Of a stretch of 64,000 nucleotides of DNA, positions 27,201-41,860 are shown piece by piece. The translations under genes were made by a program, and so were the position numbers. A model generated the notes under the pieces. The model was not told where the DNA came from. It saw only the letters and a program-made list of their open reading frames with translations, and searched no databases. Positions within the stretch are counted from its first letter, which is position 1. The number at the start of each line of letters is the position of its first letter. Source of the DNA: the human T2T-CHM13v2.0 reference genome, Homo sapiens; NCBI RefSeq assembly GCF_009914755.1, contig NC_060943.1, one strand, 5' to 3'.

Positions 27201-29380
27201 TAGGAAACACTCTGTTTGTAAAGTCTGCAAGTGGATATTCAGACATCCTTGAGGCTTTCGTTGGAAACGGGATTTCTTCATATTCTGCTAGAAAGAAGAA
27301 TTCTCAGTAACTTCCTTGTGTTGTGTGTATTCAACTCACAGAGTTGAATGATCCTTTACACAGAACAGTCTTGAAACACTCTTTTTGTGGAATTTGCAAG
27401 TGGAGATTTCAGCCGCTTTGAGGTCAATGGTAGAATAGGAAATATCTTCCTATAGAAACTAGACAGAATGATTCTCAGAAACTCCTTTGTGATGTGTGCG
27501 TTCTACTCACAGAGTTTAACCTTTCTTTTCATAGAGCAGTTAGGAAACACTCTGTTTGTAAAGTCTGCAAGAGAATATTCAGACATCTTTGAGACTTTCG
27601 TTGGAAACGGGATTTCATCATATTCTGCTAGACAGAAGAATTCCCAGAAACTTCGTTGTGTTGTGTGTTTTCAACTCACAGAGTTCAACGATCCTTTACA
27701 CAGAGTAGACTTGAAACACTCTTTTTGTGGAATTGGCAGGGTGGAGATTTCAGCCGCTTTGAGGTCAATGGTAGAATAGGAAATATCTTCCTATAGAAAC
27801 TAGACAGAATGATTCTCAGAAACTCCTTTGTGATGTGTGCGTTCAACTCACAGAGTTTAACCTTTCTTTTCATAGAGCAGTTAGGAAACACTCTGTTTGT
27901 AAAGTCTGCAAGTGGATATTCAGACATATTTGAGGCTTTCGTTGGAAACGGGATTTCTTCATATTCTGCTAGACAGAAGAATTCTCAGAAACTTCGTTGT
28001 GTTGTGTGTTTTCAACTCACAGAGTTCAACGATCCTTTACACAGAGTAGACTTGAAACACTCTTTTTGTGGAATTGGCAGGGTGGAGATTTCAGCCGCTT
28101 TGAGGTCAATGGTAGAAAAGGAAATATCTTCGTATAAAAACTAGACAGAGTGATTCTCAGAAACTCCTTTGTGATGTCTGCGTTCAAATCACAGAGTTTA
28201 ACCTTTCTTTTCATAGAGCAGTTAGGAAACACTCTGTTTGTAAAGTCTGCAAGTGGATATTCAGACATCCTTGAGGCTTTCGTTGGAAACGGGATTTCTT
28301 CATATTCTGCTAGAAAGAAGAATTCTCAGTAACTTCCTTGTGTTGTGTGTATTCAACTCACAGAGTTGAATGATCCTTTACACAGTACAGTCTTGAAACA
28401 CTCTTTTTGTGGAATTTGCAAGTGGAGATTTCAGCCGCTTTGAGGTCAATGGTAGAATAGGAAATACCTTCCTATAGAAACTAGACAGAATGATTCTCAG
28501 AAACTCCTTTGTGATGTCTGCGTTCAACTCACAGAGTTTAACCTTTCTTTTCATAGAGCCGTTAGGAAACACTCTGTTTGTAAAGTCTGCAAGTGGATAT
28601 TCAGACCTCCTTGAGGCCTTCGTTGGAAACGGGATTTCTTCATATTATGCTAGACAGAAGAATTCTCAGTAACTTCCTTGTGTTGTGTGTATTCAACTCA
28701 CAGAGTTGAACGATCCTTTACACAGAGCAGACTTGAAACACTCTTTTTGTGGAATTTGCAAGTGGAGATTTCAGCCGCTGTGAGTTCAATGGTAGAATAG
28801 GAAATATCTTCCTATAGAAACTAGACAGAATGATTCTCAGAAACTCCTTTGTGATGTGTGCGTTCAACTCACAGAGTTCAACCTTTCTTTTCATAGAGCA
28901 GTTGGGAAACACTCTGTTTGTAATGTCTGCAAGTGGATATTCAGACTTCTTTGAGGCCTTCGTTGGAAGCGGGATTTCTTCATATTCTGCTAGACAGAAG
29001 AATTCTCAGTAACTTCCTTGTGTTGTGTGTATTCAACTCACAGAGTTGAACGATCCTTTACACAGAGCAGACTTGAAACACTCTTTTTGTGGAATTTGCA
29101 AGTGGAGATTTCAGCCGCTTTGAGGTCAATGGTAGAATAGGAAATATCTTCCTATAGAAACTAGACAGAATGATTCTCAGAAACTCCTTTGTGATGTGTG
29201 CGTTCAACTCACAGAGTTTAACCTTTCTTTTCATAGAGCAGTTAGGAAACACTCTGTTTCTAAAGTCTGCAAGTGGATATTCAGACATCCTTGAGGCTTT
29301 CGTTGGAAACGGGATTTCTTCATATTCTGCTAGAAAGAAGAATTCTCAGTAACTTCCTTGTGTTGTGTGTATTCAACTCA
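21300..29380 (+). repeat. Direct duplication of a ~10-dimer block (~21.3-24.6 kb and ~26.1-29.4 kb), offset 4763 bp (14 dimers)
   Basis: Both copies share ordered markers: CACAAG, TTTCACC/GAGCAC/AAAGTGTG, TTCCCAG, TTCTACTC, two adjacent 341-bp dimers, CATATTTG, CAGTACAGTC, TAATGTC, GTTTCTAA. Several private differences separate the copies. Confidence 0.85.
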
Positions 29381-30324
29381 CAGAGTTGAACGATCGTTTA
29401 CACAGAGCAGACTTGAGACACTCTTTTTGTGGAATTTGTAAGTGGAGATTTCAGCCGCTTTGTGGTCATTGGTAGAAAAGGAAATATCTTCATATAAAAA
29501 CTAGACAGAATGGTTCTCAGAAACTCCTTTGTGATGTGTGCGTTCAACTCACAGAGTTTAACCTTTCTTTTCATAGAGCAGTTAGGAAACACTCTGTTTG
29601 TAAAGTCTGCAAGTGGATATTCAGACATCTTTGAGGCTTTCGTTGGAAACGGGATTTCTTCATATTCTGCCAGACAGAAGAATTCTCAGAAACTTCGTTG
29701 TGTTGTGTGTTTTCAACTCACAGAGTTGAACGATCCTTTACACAGAGTAGACTTGAAACACTCTTTTTGTGGAATTTGCAAGTGGAGATTTCAGCCGCTT
29801 TGAGGTCAATGGTAGAAAAGGAAATATCTTCGTATAAAAACTAGACAGAATGATTCTGAGAAACTCCTTTGTGATGTGTGCGTTCAACTCACAGAGTTTA
29901 ACCTTTCTTTTCATAGAGCAGTTAGGAAGCACTCTGTTTGTAAAGTCTGCAAGTGGATATTCAGACCTCCTTGAGGCCTTCGTTGGAAAGGGGATTTCTT
30001 CATATTATGCTAGACAGAAGAATTCTCAGTAACTTCCTTGTGTTGTGTGTATTCAACTCACAGAGTTGAACGATCCTTTACACAGAGCAGACTTGAAACA
30101 CTCTTTTTGTGAAATTTGCAAGTGGAGATTTCAGCCGCTTTGAGGTCAATGGTAGAATAGGAAATATCTTCCTATAGAAACTAGACAGAATGATTCTGAG
30201 AAACTCCTTTGTGATGTGTGCGTTCAACTCACAGAGTTTAACCTTTCTTTTCATAGAGCAGTTAGGAAACACTCTGTTTGTAAAGTCTGCAAGTGGATAT
30301 TCAGACATCCTTGAGGCTTTGGTT

Positions 30325-33300
30325 GGAAACGGGATTTCTTCATATTCTGCTAGAAAGGAGAATTCTCAGTAACTTCCTTGTGTTGTGTGTATTCAACTCA
30401 CAGAGTTGAATGATCCTTTACACAGAGCAGACTTGAAACACTCTTTTTGTGGAATTTGCAAGTGGAGATATCAGCCGCTTTGAGGTCAATGGTAGAATAG
30501 GAAATATCTTCCTATAGAAACTAGACAGAATGATTCTCAGAAACTCCTTTGTGATGTGTGCGTTCAACTCACAGAGTTTAACCTTTCTTTTCATAGAGCA
30601 GTTAGGAAACACTCTGTTTGTAAAGTCTGCAAGTGGATATTCAGACATCTATGAGGCCTTCGTTGGAAACGGGATTTCTTCATGTTCTGCTAGACAGAAG
30701 AATTCTCAGAAACTTCCTTGTGTTGTGTGTTTTCAACTCACAGAGTTGAACAATGCTTTACACAGAGTAGACTTGAAACACTCTTTTTGTGTAATTTGCA
30801 AGTGGAGATTTCAGCCGCTTTGAGGTCAATGGTAGAAAAGGAAATATCTTCGTATAAAAACTAGACAGAATGATTCTCAGAAACTCCTTTGTGATGTGTG
30901 CGTTCAACTCACAGAGTTTAACCTTTCTTTTCATAGAGCAGTTAGGAAACACTCTGTTTGTAAAGTCTGCAAGTGGATATTCAGACCTCTTTGAGGCCTT
31001 CGTTGGAAACGGGATTTCTTCATATTCTGCTAGAGAGAAGAATTCTCAGTAACTTCATTGTGTTGTGTGTATTCAACTCACAGATTTCAACGATCCTTTA
31101 CACAGAGCAGACTTGAAACACTCTTTTTGTGGAATTTGCAAGTGGAGATTTCAGCCGCTTTGAGGTCAATGGTAGAATAGGAAATATCTTCCTATAGAAA
31201 CTAGACAGAATGATTCTCAGAAACTCCTTTGTGATGTGTGCGTTCAACTCACAGAGTTTAACCTTTCTTTTCATAGAGCAGTTAGGAAACACTCTGTTTG
31301 TAAAGTCTGCAAGTGGATATTCAGACCTCCTTGAGGCCTTCGTTGGAAACGGGATTTCTACATATTATGCTAGACAGAAGAATTCTCAGTAACTTCCTTG
31401 TGTTGTGTGTATTCAACTCACAGAGTTGAACGATCCTTTACACAGAGCAGACTTGAAACACTCTTTTTGTGGAATTTGCAAGTGGAGATTTCAGCCTCTT
31501 TGAGGTCAATGGTAGAATAGGAAATATCTTCCTATAGAAACTAGACAGAATGATTCTGAGAAACTCGTTTGTGATGCGTGCATTCAACTCACAGAGTTTA
31601 ACCTTTCTTTTCATAGAGCAGTTAGGAAACACTCTGTTTGTAAAGTCTGCAAGTGGATACTCAGACCTCCTTGAGGCCTTCGTTGGAAACGGGATTTCTT
31701 CCTATTATGCTAGACAGAAGAATTCTCAGTAACTTCCTTGTGTTGTGTGTATTCAACTCACAGAGTTGAATGATCCTTTACACAGAGCAGACTTGAAACA
31801 CTCTTTTTGTGGAATTTGCAAGTGGAGATTTCAGCCGCTTTGAGTTCAATGGTAGAATAGGAAATATCTTCTTATAGAAACTAGACAGAATGATTCTCAG
31901 AAACTCCTTTGTGATGTGTGCGTTCAACTCACAGAGTTCAACCTTTCTTTTCATAGAGCAGTTGTGAAACACTCTGTTTGTAAAGTCTGCAAGTGGATAT
32001 TCAGACTTCTTTGAGGCCTTCGTTGGAAGCGGGATTTCTTCATATTCTGCTTGACAGAAGAATTCTCAGTAACTTCCTTGTGTTGTGTGTATTCAACTCA
32101 CAGAGTTGAACGATCCTTTACACAGAGCAGACTTGAAACACTCTTTTTGTGGAATTTGCAAGTGGAGATTTCAGCCGCTTTGAGGTCAATGGTAGAATAG
32201 GAAATATCTTCCTATAGAAACTAGACAGAATGATTCTCAGAAACTCCTTTGTGATGTCTGCGTTCAACTTACAGAGTTTAACCGTTCTTTTCATAGAGCA
32301 GTTAGGAAACACTCTGTTTCTAAAGTCTGCAAGTGGATATTCAGACATCCTTGAGGCTTTCGTTGGAAACGGGATTTCTTCATATTCTGCTAGAAAGAAG
32401 AATTCTCAGTAACTTCCTTGTGTTGTGTGTATTCAACTCACAGAGTTGAATGATCCTTTACACAGAACAGTCTTGAAACACTCTTTTTGTGGAATTTGCA
32501 AGTGGAGATTTCAGCCGCTTTGAGGTCAATGGTAGAATAGGAAATATCTTCCTATAGAAACTAGACAGAATGATTCTCAGAAACTCCTTTGTGATGTGTG
32601 CGTTGAACTCACAGAGTTTAACCTTTCTTTTCATAGAGCAGTTAGGAAACACTCTGTTTGTAAAGTCTGCAAGTGGATATTCAGACATCTTTGAGGCTTT
32701 CGTTGGAAACGGGAGTTCATCATATTCTGCTAGACAGAAGAATTCTCAGAAACTTCGTTGTGTTGTGTGTTTTCAACTCACAGAGTTCAACGATCCTTTA
32801 CACAGAGTAGACTTGAAACACTCTTTTTGTGGAATTGGCAGGGTGGAGATTTCAGCCGCTTTGAGGTCAATGGTAGAAAAGTAAATATCTTCGTATAAAA
32901 ACTAGACAGAGTGATTCTCAGAAACTCCTTTGTGATGTCTGCGTTCAACTCACAGAGTTTAACCTTTCTTTTCATAGAGCAGTTAGGAAACACTCTGTTT
33001 GTAAAGTCTGCAAGTGGATATTCAGACCTCCTTGAGGCCTTCGTTGGAAACGGGATTTCTTCATATTCTGCTATACAGAAGAATTCTCAGAAACTTCCTT
33101 GTGTTGTGTGTATTCAACTCACAGAGTTGAACGATCGTTTACACAGAGCAGACTTGAGACACTCTTTTTGTGGAATTTGTAAGTGGAGATTTCAGCCGCT
33201 TTGAGGTCATTGGTAGAAAAGGAAATATCTTCATATAAAAACTAGACAGAATGATTCTCAGAAACTCCTTTGTGATGTGTGCGTTCAACTCACAGAGTTT

Positions 33301-36300
33301 AACCTTTCTTTTCATAGAGCAGTTAGGAAACACTCTGTTTGTAAAGTCTGCAAGTGGATATTCAGACATCTTTGAGGCTTTCGTTGGAAACGGGATTTCT
33401 TCGTATTCTGCTAGACAGAAGAATTCTCAGTAACTTCCTTGTGTTGTGTATTCAACTCACAGAGTTGAACGATCGTTTACACAGAGCAGACTTGAAACAC
33501 TCTTTTTGTGGAATTTGCAAGTGGAGATTTCAGCCGCTTTGAGGTCAATGGTAGAATAGGAAATATCTTCCTATAGAAACTAGAGAGAATGATTCTCAGA
33601 AACTCCTTTGTGATGTGTGCGTTCAACTCACAGAGTTCAACCTTTCTTTTCATAGAGCAGTTGGGAAACACTCTGTTTGTAAAGTCTGCAAGTGGATATT
33701 CAGACTTCTTTGAGGCCTTCGTTGGAAGCGGGATTTCTTCATATTCTGCTAGACAGAAGAATTCTCAGTAACTTCCTTGTGTTGTGTGTATTCAACTCAC
33801 AGAGTTGAACGATCCTTTACACAGAGCAGACTTGAAACACTCTTTTTGTGGAATTTGCAAGTGGAGATTTCAGCCGCTTTGAGGTCAATGGTAGAATAGG
33901 AAATATCTTCCTATAGAAACTAGACAGAATGATTCTCAGAAACTCCTTTGTGATGTGTGCGTTCAACTCACAGAGTTTAACCTTTCTTTTCATAGAGCAG
34001 TTAGGAAACACTCTGTTTGTAAAGTCTGCAAGTGGATATTCAGACATCCTTGAGGCTTTCGTTGGAAACGGGATTTCTTCTTATTCTGCTAGAAAGAACA
34101 ATTCTCAGTAACTTCCTTGTGTTGTGTGTATTCAACTCACAGAGTTGAATGATCCTTTACACAGAACAGTCTTGAAACACTCTTTTTGTGGAATTTGCAA
34201 GTGGAGATTTCAGCCGCTTTGAGGTCAATGGTAGAATAGGAAATATCTTCCTATAGAAACTAGACAGAATGATTCTCAGAAACTCCTTTGTGATGTGTGC
34301 GTTCTACTCACAGAGTTTAACCTTTCTTTTCATAGAGCAGTTAGGAAACACTCTGTTTGTAAAGTCTGCAAGTGGATATTCAGACATCTTTGAGACTTTC
34401 GTTGGAAACGGGATTTCATCATACTCTGCTAGACAGAAGAATTCCCAGAAACTTCGTTGTGCTGTGTGTTTTCAACTCACAGAGTTCAACGATCCTTTAC
34501 ACAGAGTAGACTTGAAACACTCTTTTTGTGGAATTGGCAGGGTGGAGATTTCAGCCGCTTTGAGGTCAATGGTAGAAAAGGAAATATCTTCGTATAAAAA
34601 CTAGACAGAGTGATTCTCAGAAACTCCTTTGTGATGTCTGCGTTCAACTCACAGAGTTTAACCTTTCTTTTCATAGAGCAGTTAGGAAACACTCTGTTTG
34701 TAAAGTCTGCAAGTGGATATTCAGACCTCCTTGAGGCCTTCGTTGGAAACGGGATTTCTTCATATTCTGCTATACAGAAGAATTCTCAGAAACTTCCTTG
34801 TGTTGTGTGTATTCAACTCACAGAGTTGAACGATCGTTTACACAGAGCAGACTTGAGACACTCTTTTTGTGGAATTTGTAAGTGGAGATTTCAGCCGCTT
34901 TGAGGTCAATGGTAGAAAAGGAAATATCTTCATATAAAAACTAGACAGAATGATTCTCAGAAACTCCTTTGTGATGTGTGCGTTCAACTCACAGAGTTTA
35001 ACCTTTCTTTTCATAGAGCAGTTAGGAAACACTCTGTTTGTAAAGTCTGCAAGTGGATATTCAGACATCCTTGAGGCTTTCGTTGGAAACGGGATTTCTT
35101 CATATTCTGCTAGAAAGGAGAATTCTCAGTAACTTCCTTGTGTTGTGTGTATTCAACTCACAGAGTTGAATGATCCTTTACACAGAGCAGACTTGAAACA
35201 CTCTTTTTGTGGAATTTGCAAGTGGAGATATCAGCCGCTTTGAGGTCAATGGTAGAATAGGAAATATCTTCCTATAGAAACTAGACAGAATGATTCTCAG
35301 AAACTCCTTTGTGATGTGTGCGTTCAACTCACAGAGTTTAACCTTTCTTTTCATAGAGCAGTTAGGAAACACTCTGTTTGTAAAGTCTGCAAGTGGATAT
35401 TCAGACATCTATGAGGCCTTCGTTGGAAACGGGATTTCTTCATGTTCTGCTAGACAGAAGAATTCTCAGAAACTTCCTTGTGTTGTGTGTTTTCAACTCA
35501 CAGAGTTGAACAATGCTTTACACAGAGTAGACTTGAAACACTCTTTTTGTGTAATTTGCAAGTGGAGATTTCAGCCGCTTTGAGGTCAATGGTAGAAAAG
35601 GAAATATCTTCGTATAAAAACTAGACAGAATGATTCTCAGAAACTCCTTTGTGATGTGTGCGTTCAACTCACAGAGTTTAACCTTTCTTTTCATAGAGCA
35701 GTTAGGAAACACTCTGTTTGTAAAGTCTGCAAGTGGATATTCAGACCTCTTTGAGGCCTTCGTTGGAAACGGGATTTCTTCATATTCTGCTAGAGAGAAG
35801 AATTCTCAGTAACTTCATTGTGTTGTGTGTATTCAACTCACAGATTTCAACGATCCTTTACACAGAGCAGACTTGAAACACTCTTTTTGTGGAATTTGCA
35901 AGTGGAGATTTCAGCCGCTTTGAGGTCAATGGTAGAATAGGAAATATCTTCCTATAGAAACTAGACAGAATGATTCTCAGAAACTCCTTTGTGATGTGTG
36001 CGTTCAACTCACAGAGTTTAACCTTTCTTTTCATAGAGCAGTTAGGAAACACTCTGTTTGTAAAGTCTGCAAGTGGATATTCAGACCTCCTTGAGGCCTT
36101 CGTTGGAAACGGGATTTCTACATATTATGCTAGACAGAAGAATTCTCAGTAACTTCCTTGTGTTGTGTGTATTCAACTCACAGAGTTGAACGATCCTTTA
36201 CACAGAGCAGACTTGAAACACTCTTTTTGTGGAATTTGCAAGTGGAGATTTCAGCCTCTTTGAGGTCAATGGTAGAATAGGAAATATCTTCCTATAGAAA

Positions 36301-39300
36301 CTAGACAGAATGATTCTGAGAAACTCGTTTGTGATGCGTGCATTCAACTCACAGAGTTTAACCTTTCTTTTCATAGAGCAGTTAGGAAACACTCTGTTTG
36401 TAAAGTCTGCAAGTGGATACTCAGACCTCCTTGAGGCCTTCGTTGGAAACGGGATTTCTTCCTATTATGCTAGACAGAAGAATTCTCAGTAACTTCCTTG
36501 TGTTGTGTGTATTCAACTCACAGAGTTGAATGATCCTTTACACAGAGCAGACTTGAAACACTCTTTTTGTGGAATTTGCAAGTGGAGATTTCAGCCGCTT
36601 TGAGTTCAATGGTAGAAAAGGAAATATCTTCGTATAAAAACTAGACAGAGTGATTCTCAGAAACTCCTTTGTGATGTCTGCGTTCAACTCACAGAGTTTA
36701 ACCTTTCTTTTCATAGAGCAGTTAGGAAACACTCTGTTTGTAAAGTCTGCAAGTGGATATTCAGACCTCCTTGAGGCCTTCGTTGGAAACGGGATTTCTT
36801 CATATTCTGCTATACAGAAGAATTCTCAGAAACTTCCTTGTGTTGTGTGTATTCAACTCACAGAGTTGAACGATCGTTTACACAGAGCAGACTTGAGACA
36901 CTCTTTTTGTGGAATTTGTAAGTGGAGATTTCAGCCGCTTTGAGGTCAATGGTAGAAAAGGAAATATCTTCATATAAAAACTAGACAGAATGATTCTCAG
37001 AAACTCCTTTGTGATGTGTGCGTTCAACTCACAGAGTTTAACCTTTCTTTTCATAGAGCAGTTAGGAAACACTCTGTTTGTAAAGTCTGCAAGTGGATAT
37101 TCAGACATCCTTGAGGCTTTCGTTGGAAACGGGATTTCTTCATATTCTGCTAGAAAGGAGAATTCTCAGTAACTTCCTTGTGTTGTGTGTATTCAACTCA
37201 CAGAGTTGAATGATCCTTTACACAGAGCAGACTTGAAACACTCTTTTTGTGGAATTTGCAAGTGGAGATATCAGCCGCTTTGAGGTCAATGGTAGAATAG
37301 GAAATATCTTCCTATAGAAACTAGACAGAATGATTCTCAGAAACTCCTTTGTGATGTGTGCGTTCAACTCACAGAGTTTAACCTTTCTTTTCATAGAGCA
37401 GTTAGGAAACACTCTGTTTGTAAAGTCTGCAAGTGGATATTCAGACATCTATGAGGCCTTCGTTGGAAACGGGATTTCTTCATGTTCTGCTAGACAGAAG
37501 AATTCTCAGAAACTTCCTTGTGTTGTGTGTTTTCAACTCACAGAGTTGAACAATGCTTTACACAGAGTAGACTTGAAACACTCTTTTTGTGTAATTTGCA
37601 AGTGGAGATTTCAGCCGCTTTGAGGTCAATGGTAGAAAAGGAAATATCTTCGTATAAAAACTAGACAGAATGATTCTCAGAAACTCCTTTGTGATGTGTG
37701 CGTTCAACTCACAGAGTTTAACCTTTCTTTTCATAGAGCAGTTAGGAAACACTCTGTTTGTAAAGTCTGCAAGTGGATATTCAGACCTCTTTGAGGCCTT
37801 CGTTGGAAACGGGATTTCTTCATATTCTGCTAGAGAGAAGAATTCTCAGTAACTTCATTGTGTTGTGTGTATTCAACTCACAGATTTCAACGATCCTTTA
37901 CACAGAGCAGACTTGAAACACTCTTTTTGTGGAATTTGCAAGTGGAGATTTCAGCCGCTTTGAGGTCAATGGTAGAATAGGAAATATCTTCCTATAGAAA
38001 CTAGACAGAATGATTCTCAGAAACTCCTTTGTGATGTGTGCGTTCAACTCACAGAGTTTAACCTTTCTTTTCATAGAGCAGTTAGGAAACACTCTGTTTG
38101 TAAAGTCTGCAAGTGGATATTCAGACCTCCTTGAGGCCTTCGTTGGAAACGGGATTTCTACATATTATGCTAGACAGAAGAATTCTCAGTAACTTCCTTG
38201 TGTTGTGTGTATTCAACTCACAGAGTTGAACGATCCTTTACACAGAGCAGACTTGAAACACTCTTTTTGTGGAATTTGCAAGTGGAGATTTCAGCCTCTT
38301 TGAGGTCAATGGTAGAATAGGAAATATCTTCCTATAGAAACTAGACAGAATGATTCTGAGAAACTCGTTTGTGATGCGTGCATTCAACTCACAGAGTTTA
38401 ACCTTTCTTTTCATAGAGCAGTTAGGAAACACTCTGTTTGTAAAGTCTGCAAGTGGATACTCAGACCTCCTTGAGGCCTTCGTTGGAAACGGGATTTCTT
38501 CCTATTATGCTAGACAGAAGAATTCTCAGTAACTTCCTTGTGTTGTGTGTATTCAACTCACAGAGTTGAATGATCCTTTACACAGAGCAGACTTGAAACA
38601 CTCTTTTTGTGGAATTTGCAAGTGGAGATTTCAGCCGCTTTGAGTTCAATGGTAGAATAGGAAATATCTTCTTATAGAAACTAGACAGAATGATTCTCAG
38701 AAACTCCTTTGTGATGTGTGCGTTCAACTCACAGAGTTCAACCTTTCTTTTCATAGAGCAGTTGTGAAACACTCTGTTTGTAAAGTCTGCAAGTGGATAT
38801 TCAGACTTCTTTGAGGCCTTCGTTGGAAGCGGGATTTCTTCATATTCTGCTTGACAGAAGAATTCTCAGTAACTTCCTTGTGTTGTGTGTATTCAACTCA
38901 CAGAGTTGAACGATCCTTTACACAGAGCAGACTTGAAACACTCTTTTTGTGGAATTTGCAAGTGGAGATTTCAGCCGCTTTGAGGTCAATGGTAGAATAG
39001 GAAATATCTTCCTATAGAAACTAGACAGAATGATTCTCAGAAACTCCTTTGTGATGTCTGCGTTCAACTTACAGAGTTTAACCGTTCTTTTCATAGAGCA
39101 GTTAGGAAACACTCTGTTTCTAAAGTCTGCAAGTGGATATTCAGACATCCTTGAGGCTTTCGTTGGAAACGGGATTTCTTCATATTCTGCTAGAAAGAAG
39201 AATTCTCAGTAACTTCCTTGTGTTGTGTGTATTCAACTCACAGAGTTGAATGATCCTTTACACAGAACAGTCTTGAAACACTCTTTTTGTGGAATTTGCA

Positions 39301-41860
39301 AGTGGAGATTTCAGCCGCTTTGAGGTCAATGGTAGAATAGGAAATATCTTCCTATAGAAACTAGACAGAATGATTCTCAGAAACTCCTTTGTGATGTGTG
39401 CGTTGAACTCACAGAGTTTAACCTTTCTTTTCATAGAGCAGTTAGGAAACACTCTGTTTGTAAAGTCTGCAAGTGGATATTCAGACATCTTTGAGGCTTT
39501 CGTTGGAAACGGGAGTTCATCATATTCTGCTAGACAGAAGAATTCTCAGAAACTTCGTTGTGTTGTGTGTTTTCAACTCACAGAGTTCAACGATCCTTTA
39601 CACAGAGTAGACTTGAAACACTCTTTTTGTGGAATTGGCAGGGTGGAGATTTCAGCCGCTTTGAGGTCAATGGTAGAAAAGTAAATATCTTCGTATAAAA
39701 ACTAGACAGAGTGATTCTCAGAAACTCCTTTGTGATGTCTGCGTTCAACTCACAGAGTTTAACCTTTCTTTTCATAGAGCAGTTAGGAAACACTCTGTTT
39801 GTAAAGTCTGCAAGTGGATATTCAGACCTCCTTGAGGCCTTCGTTGGAAACGGGATTTCTTCATATTCTGCTATACAGAAGAATTCTCAGAAACTTCCTT
39901 GTGTTGTGTGTATTCAACTCACAGAGTTGAACGATCGTTTACACAGAGCAGACTTGAGACACTCTTTTTGTGGAATTTGTAAGTGGAGATTTCAGCCGCT
40001 TTGAGGTCATTGGTAGAAAAGGAAATATCTTCATATAAAAACTAGACAGAATGATTCTCAGAAACTCCTTTGTGATGTGTGCGTTCAACTCACAGAGTTT
40101 AACCTTTCTTTTCATAGAGCAGTTAGGAAACACTCTGTTTGTAAAGTCTGCAAGTGGATATTCAGACATCTTTGAGGCTTTCGTTGGAAACGGGATTTCT
40201 TCGTATTCTGCTAGACAGAAGAATTCTCAGTAACTTCCTTGTGTTGTGTATTCAACTCACAGAGTTGAACGATCGTTTACACAGAGCAGACTTGAAACAC
40301 TCTTTTTGTGGAATTTGCAAGTGGAGATTTCAGCCGCTTTGAGGTCAATGGTAGAATAGGAAATATCTTCCTATAGAAACTAGAGAGAATGATTCTCAGA
40401 AACTCCTTTGTGATGTGTGCGTTCAACTCACAGAGTTCAACCTTTCTTTTCATAGAGCAGTTGGGAAACACTCTGTTTGTAAAGTCTGCAAGTGGATATT
40501 CAGACTTCTTTGAGGCCTTCGTTGGAAGCGGGATTTCTTCATATTCTGCTAGACAGAAGAATTCTCAGTAACTTCCTTGTGTTGTGTGTATTCAACTCAC
40601 AGAGTTGAACGATCCTTTACACAGAGCAGACTTGAAACACTCTTTTTGTGGAATTTGCAAGTGGAGATTTCAGCCGCTTTGAGGTCAATGGTAGAATAGG
40701 AAATATCTTCCTATAGAAACTAGACAGAATGATTCTCAGAAACTCCTTTGTGATGTGTGCGTTCAACTCACAGAGTTTAACCTTTCTTTTCATAGAGCAG
40801 TTAGGAAACACTCTGTTTGTAAAGTCTGCAAGTGGATATTCAGACATCCTTGAGGCTTTCGTTGGAAACGGGATTTCTTCTTATTCTGCTAGAAAGAACA
40901 ATTCTCAGTAACTTCCTTGTGTTGTGTGTATTCAACTCACAGAGTTGAATGATCCTTTACACAGAACAGTCTTGAAACACTCTTTTTGTGGAATTTGCAA
41001 GTGGAGATTTCAGCCGCTTTGAGGTCAATGGTAGAATAGGAAATATCTTCCTATAGAAACTAGACAGAATGATTCTCAGAAACTCCTTTGTGATGTGTGC
41101 GTTCTACTCACAGAGTTTAACCTTTCTTTTCATAGAGCAGTTAGGAAACACTCTGTTTGTAAAGTCTGCAAGTGGATATTCAGACATCTTTGAGACTTTC
41201 GTTGGAAACGGGATTTCATCATACTCTGCTAGACAGAAGAATTCCCAGAAACTTCGTTGTGCTGTGTGTTTTCAACTCACAGAGTTCAACGATCCTTTAC
41301 ACAGAGTAGACTTGAAACACTCTTTTTGTGGAATTGGCAGGGTGGAGATTTCAGCCGCTTTGAGGTCAATGGTAGAAAAGGAAATATCTTCGTATAAAAA
41401 CTAGACAGAGTGATTCTCAGAAACTCCTTTGTGATGTCTGCGTTCAACTCACAGAGTTTAACCTTTCTTTTCATAGAGCAGTTAGGAAACACTCTGTTTG
41501 TAAAGTCTGCAAGTGGATATTCAGACCTCCTTGAGGCCTTCGTTGGAAACGGGATTTCTTCATATTCTGCTATACAGAAGAATTCTCAGAAACTTCCTTG
41601 TGTTGTGTGTATTCAACTCACAGAGTTGAACGATCGTTTACACAGAGCAGACTTGAGACACTCTTTTTGTGGAATTTGTAAGTGGAGATTTCAGCCGCTT
41701 TGAGGTCAATGGTAGAAAAGGAAATATCTTCATATAAAAACTAGACAGAATGATTCTCAGAAACTCCTTTGTGATGTGTGCGTTCAACTCACAGAGTTTA
41801 ACCTTTCTTTTCATAGAGCAGTTAGGAAACACTCTGTTTGTAAAGTCTGCAAGTGGATAT
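30325..41860 (+). repeat. 14-dimer (4760 bp) tandem duplication with a nested 6-dimer (2040 bp) tandem duplication at ~34570-38650
   Basis: AAAGGAGAATTC, CATCTATGAGG, AACAATGC and CTCGTTTGTGATGCG each occur three times (offsets 4760 and 2040). GTTGTGAAAC, ACCGTTC, the TG deletion and TGTGCTGTG each occur twice at offset 6800. Confidence 0.9.
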
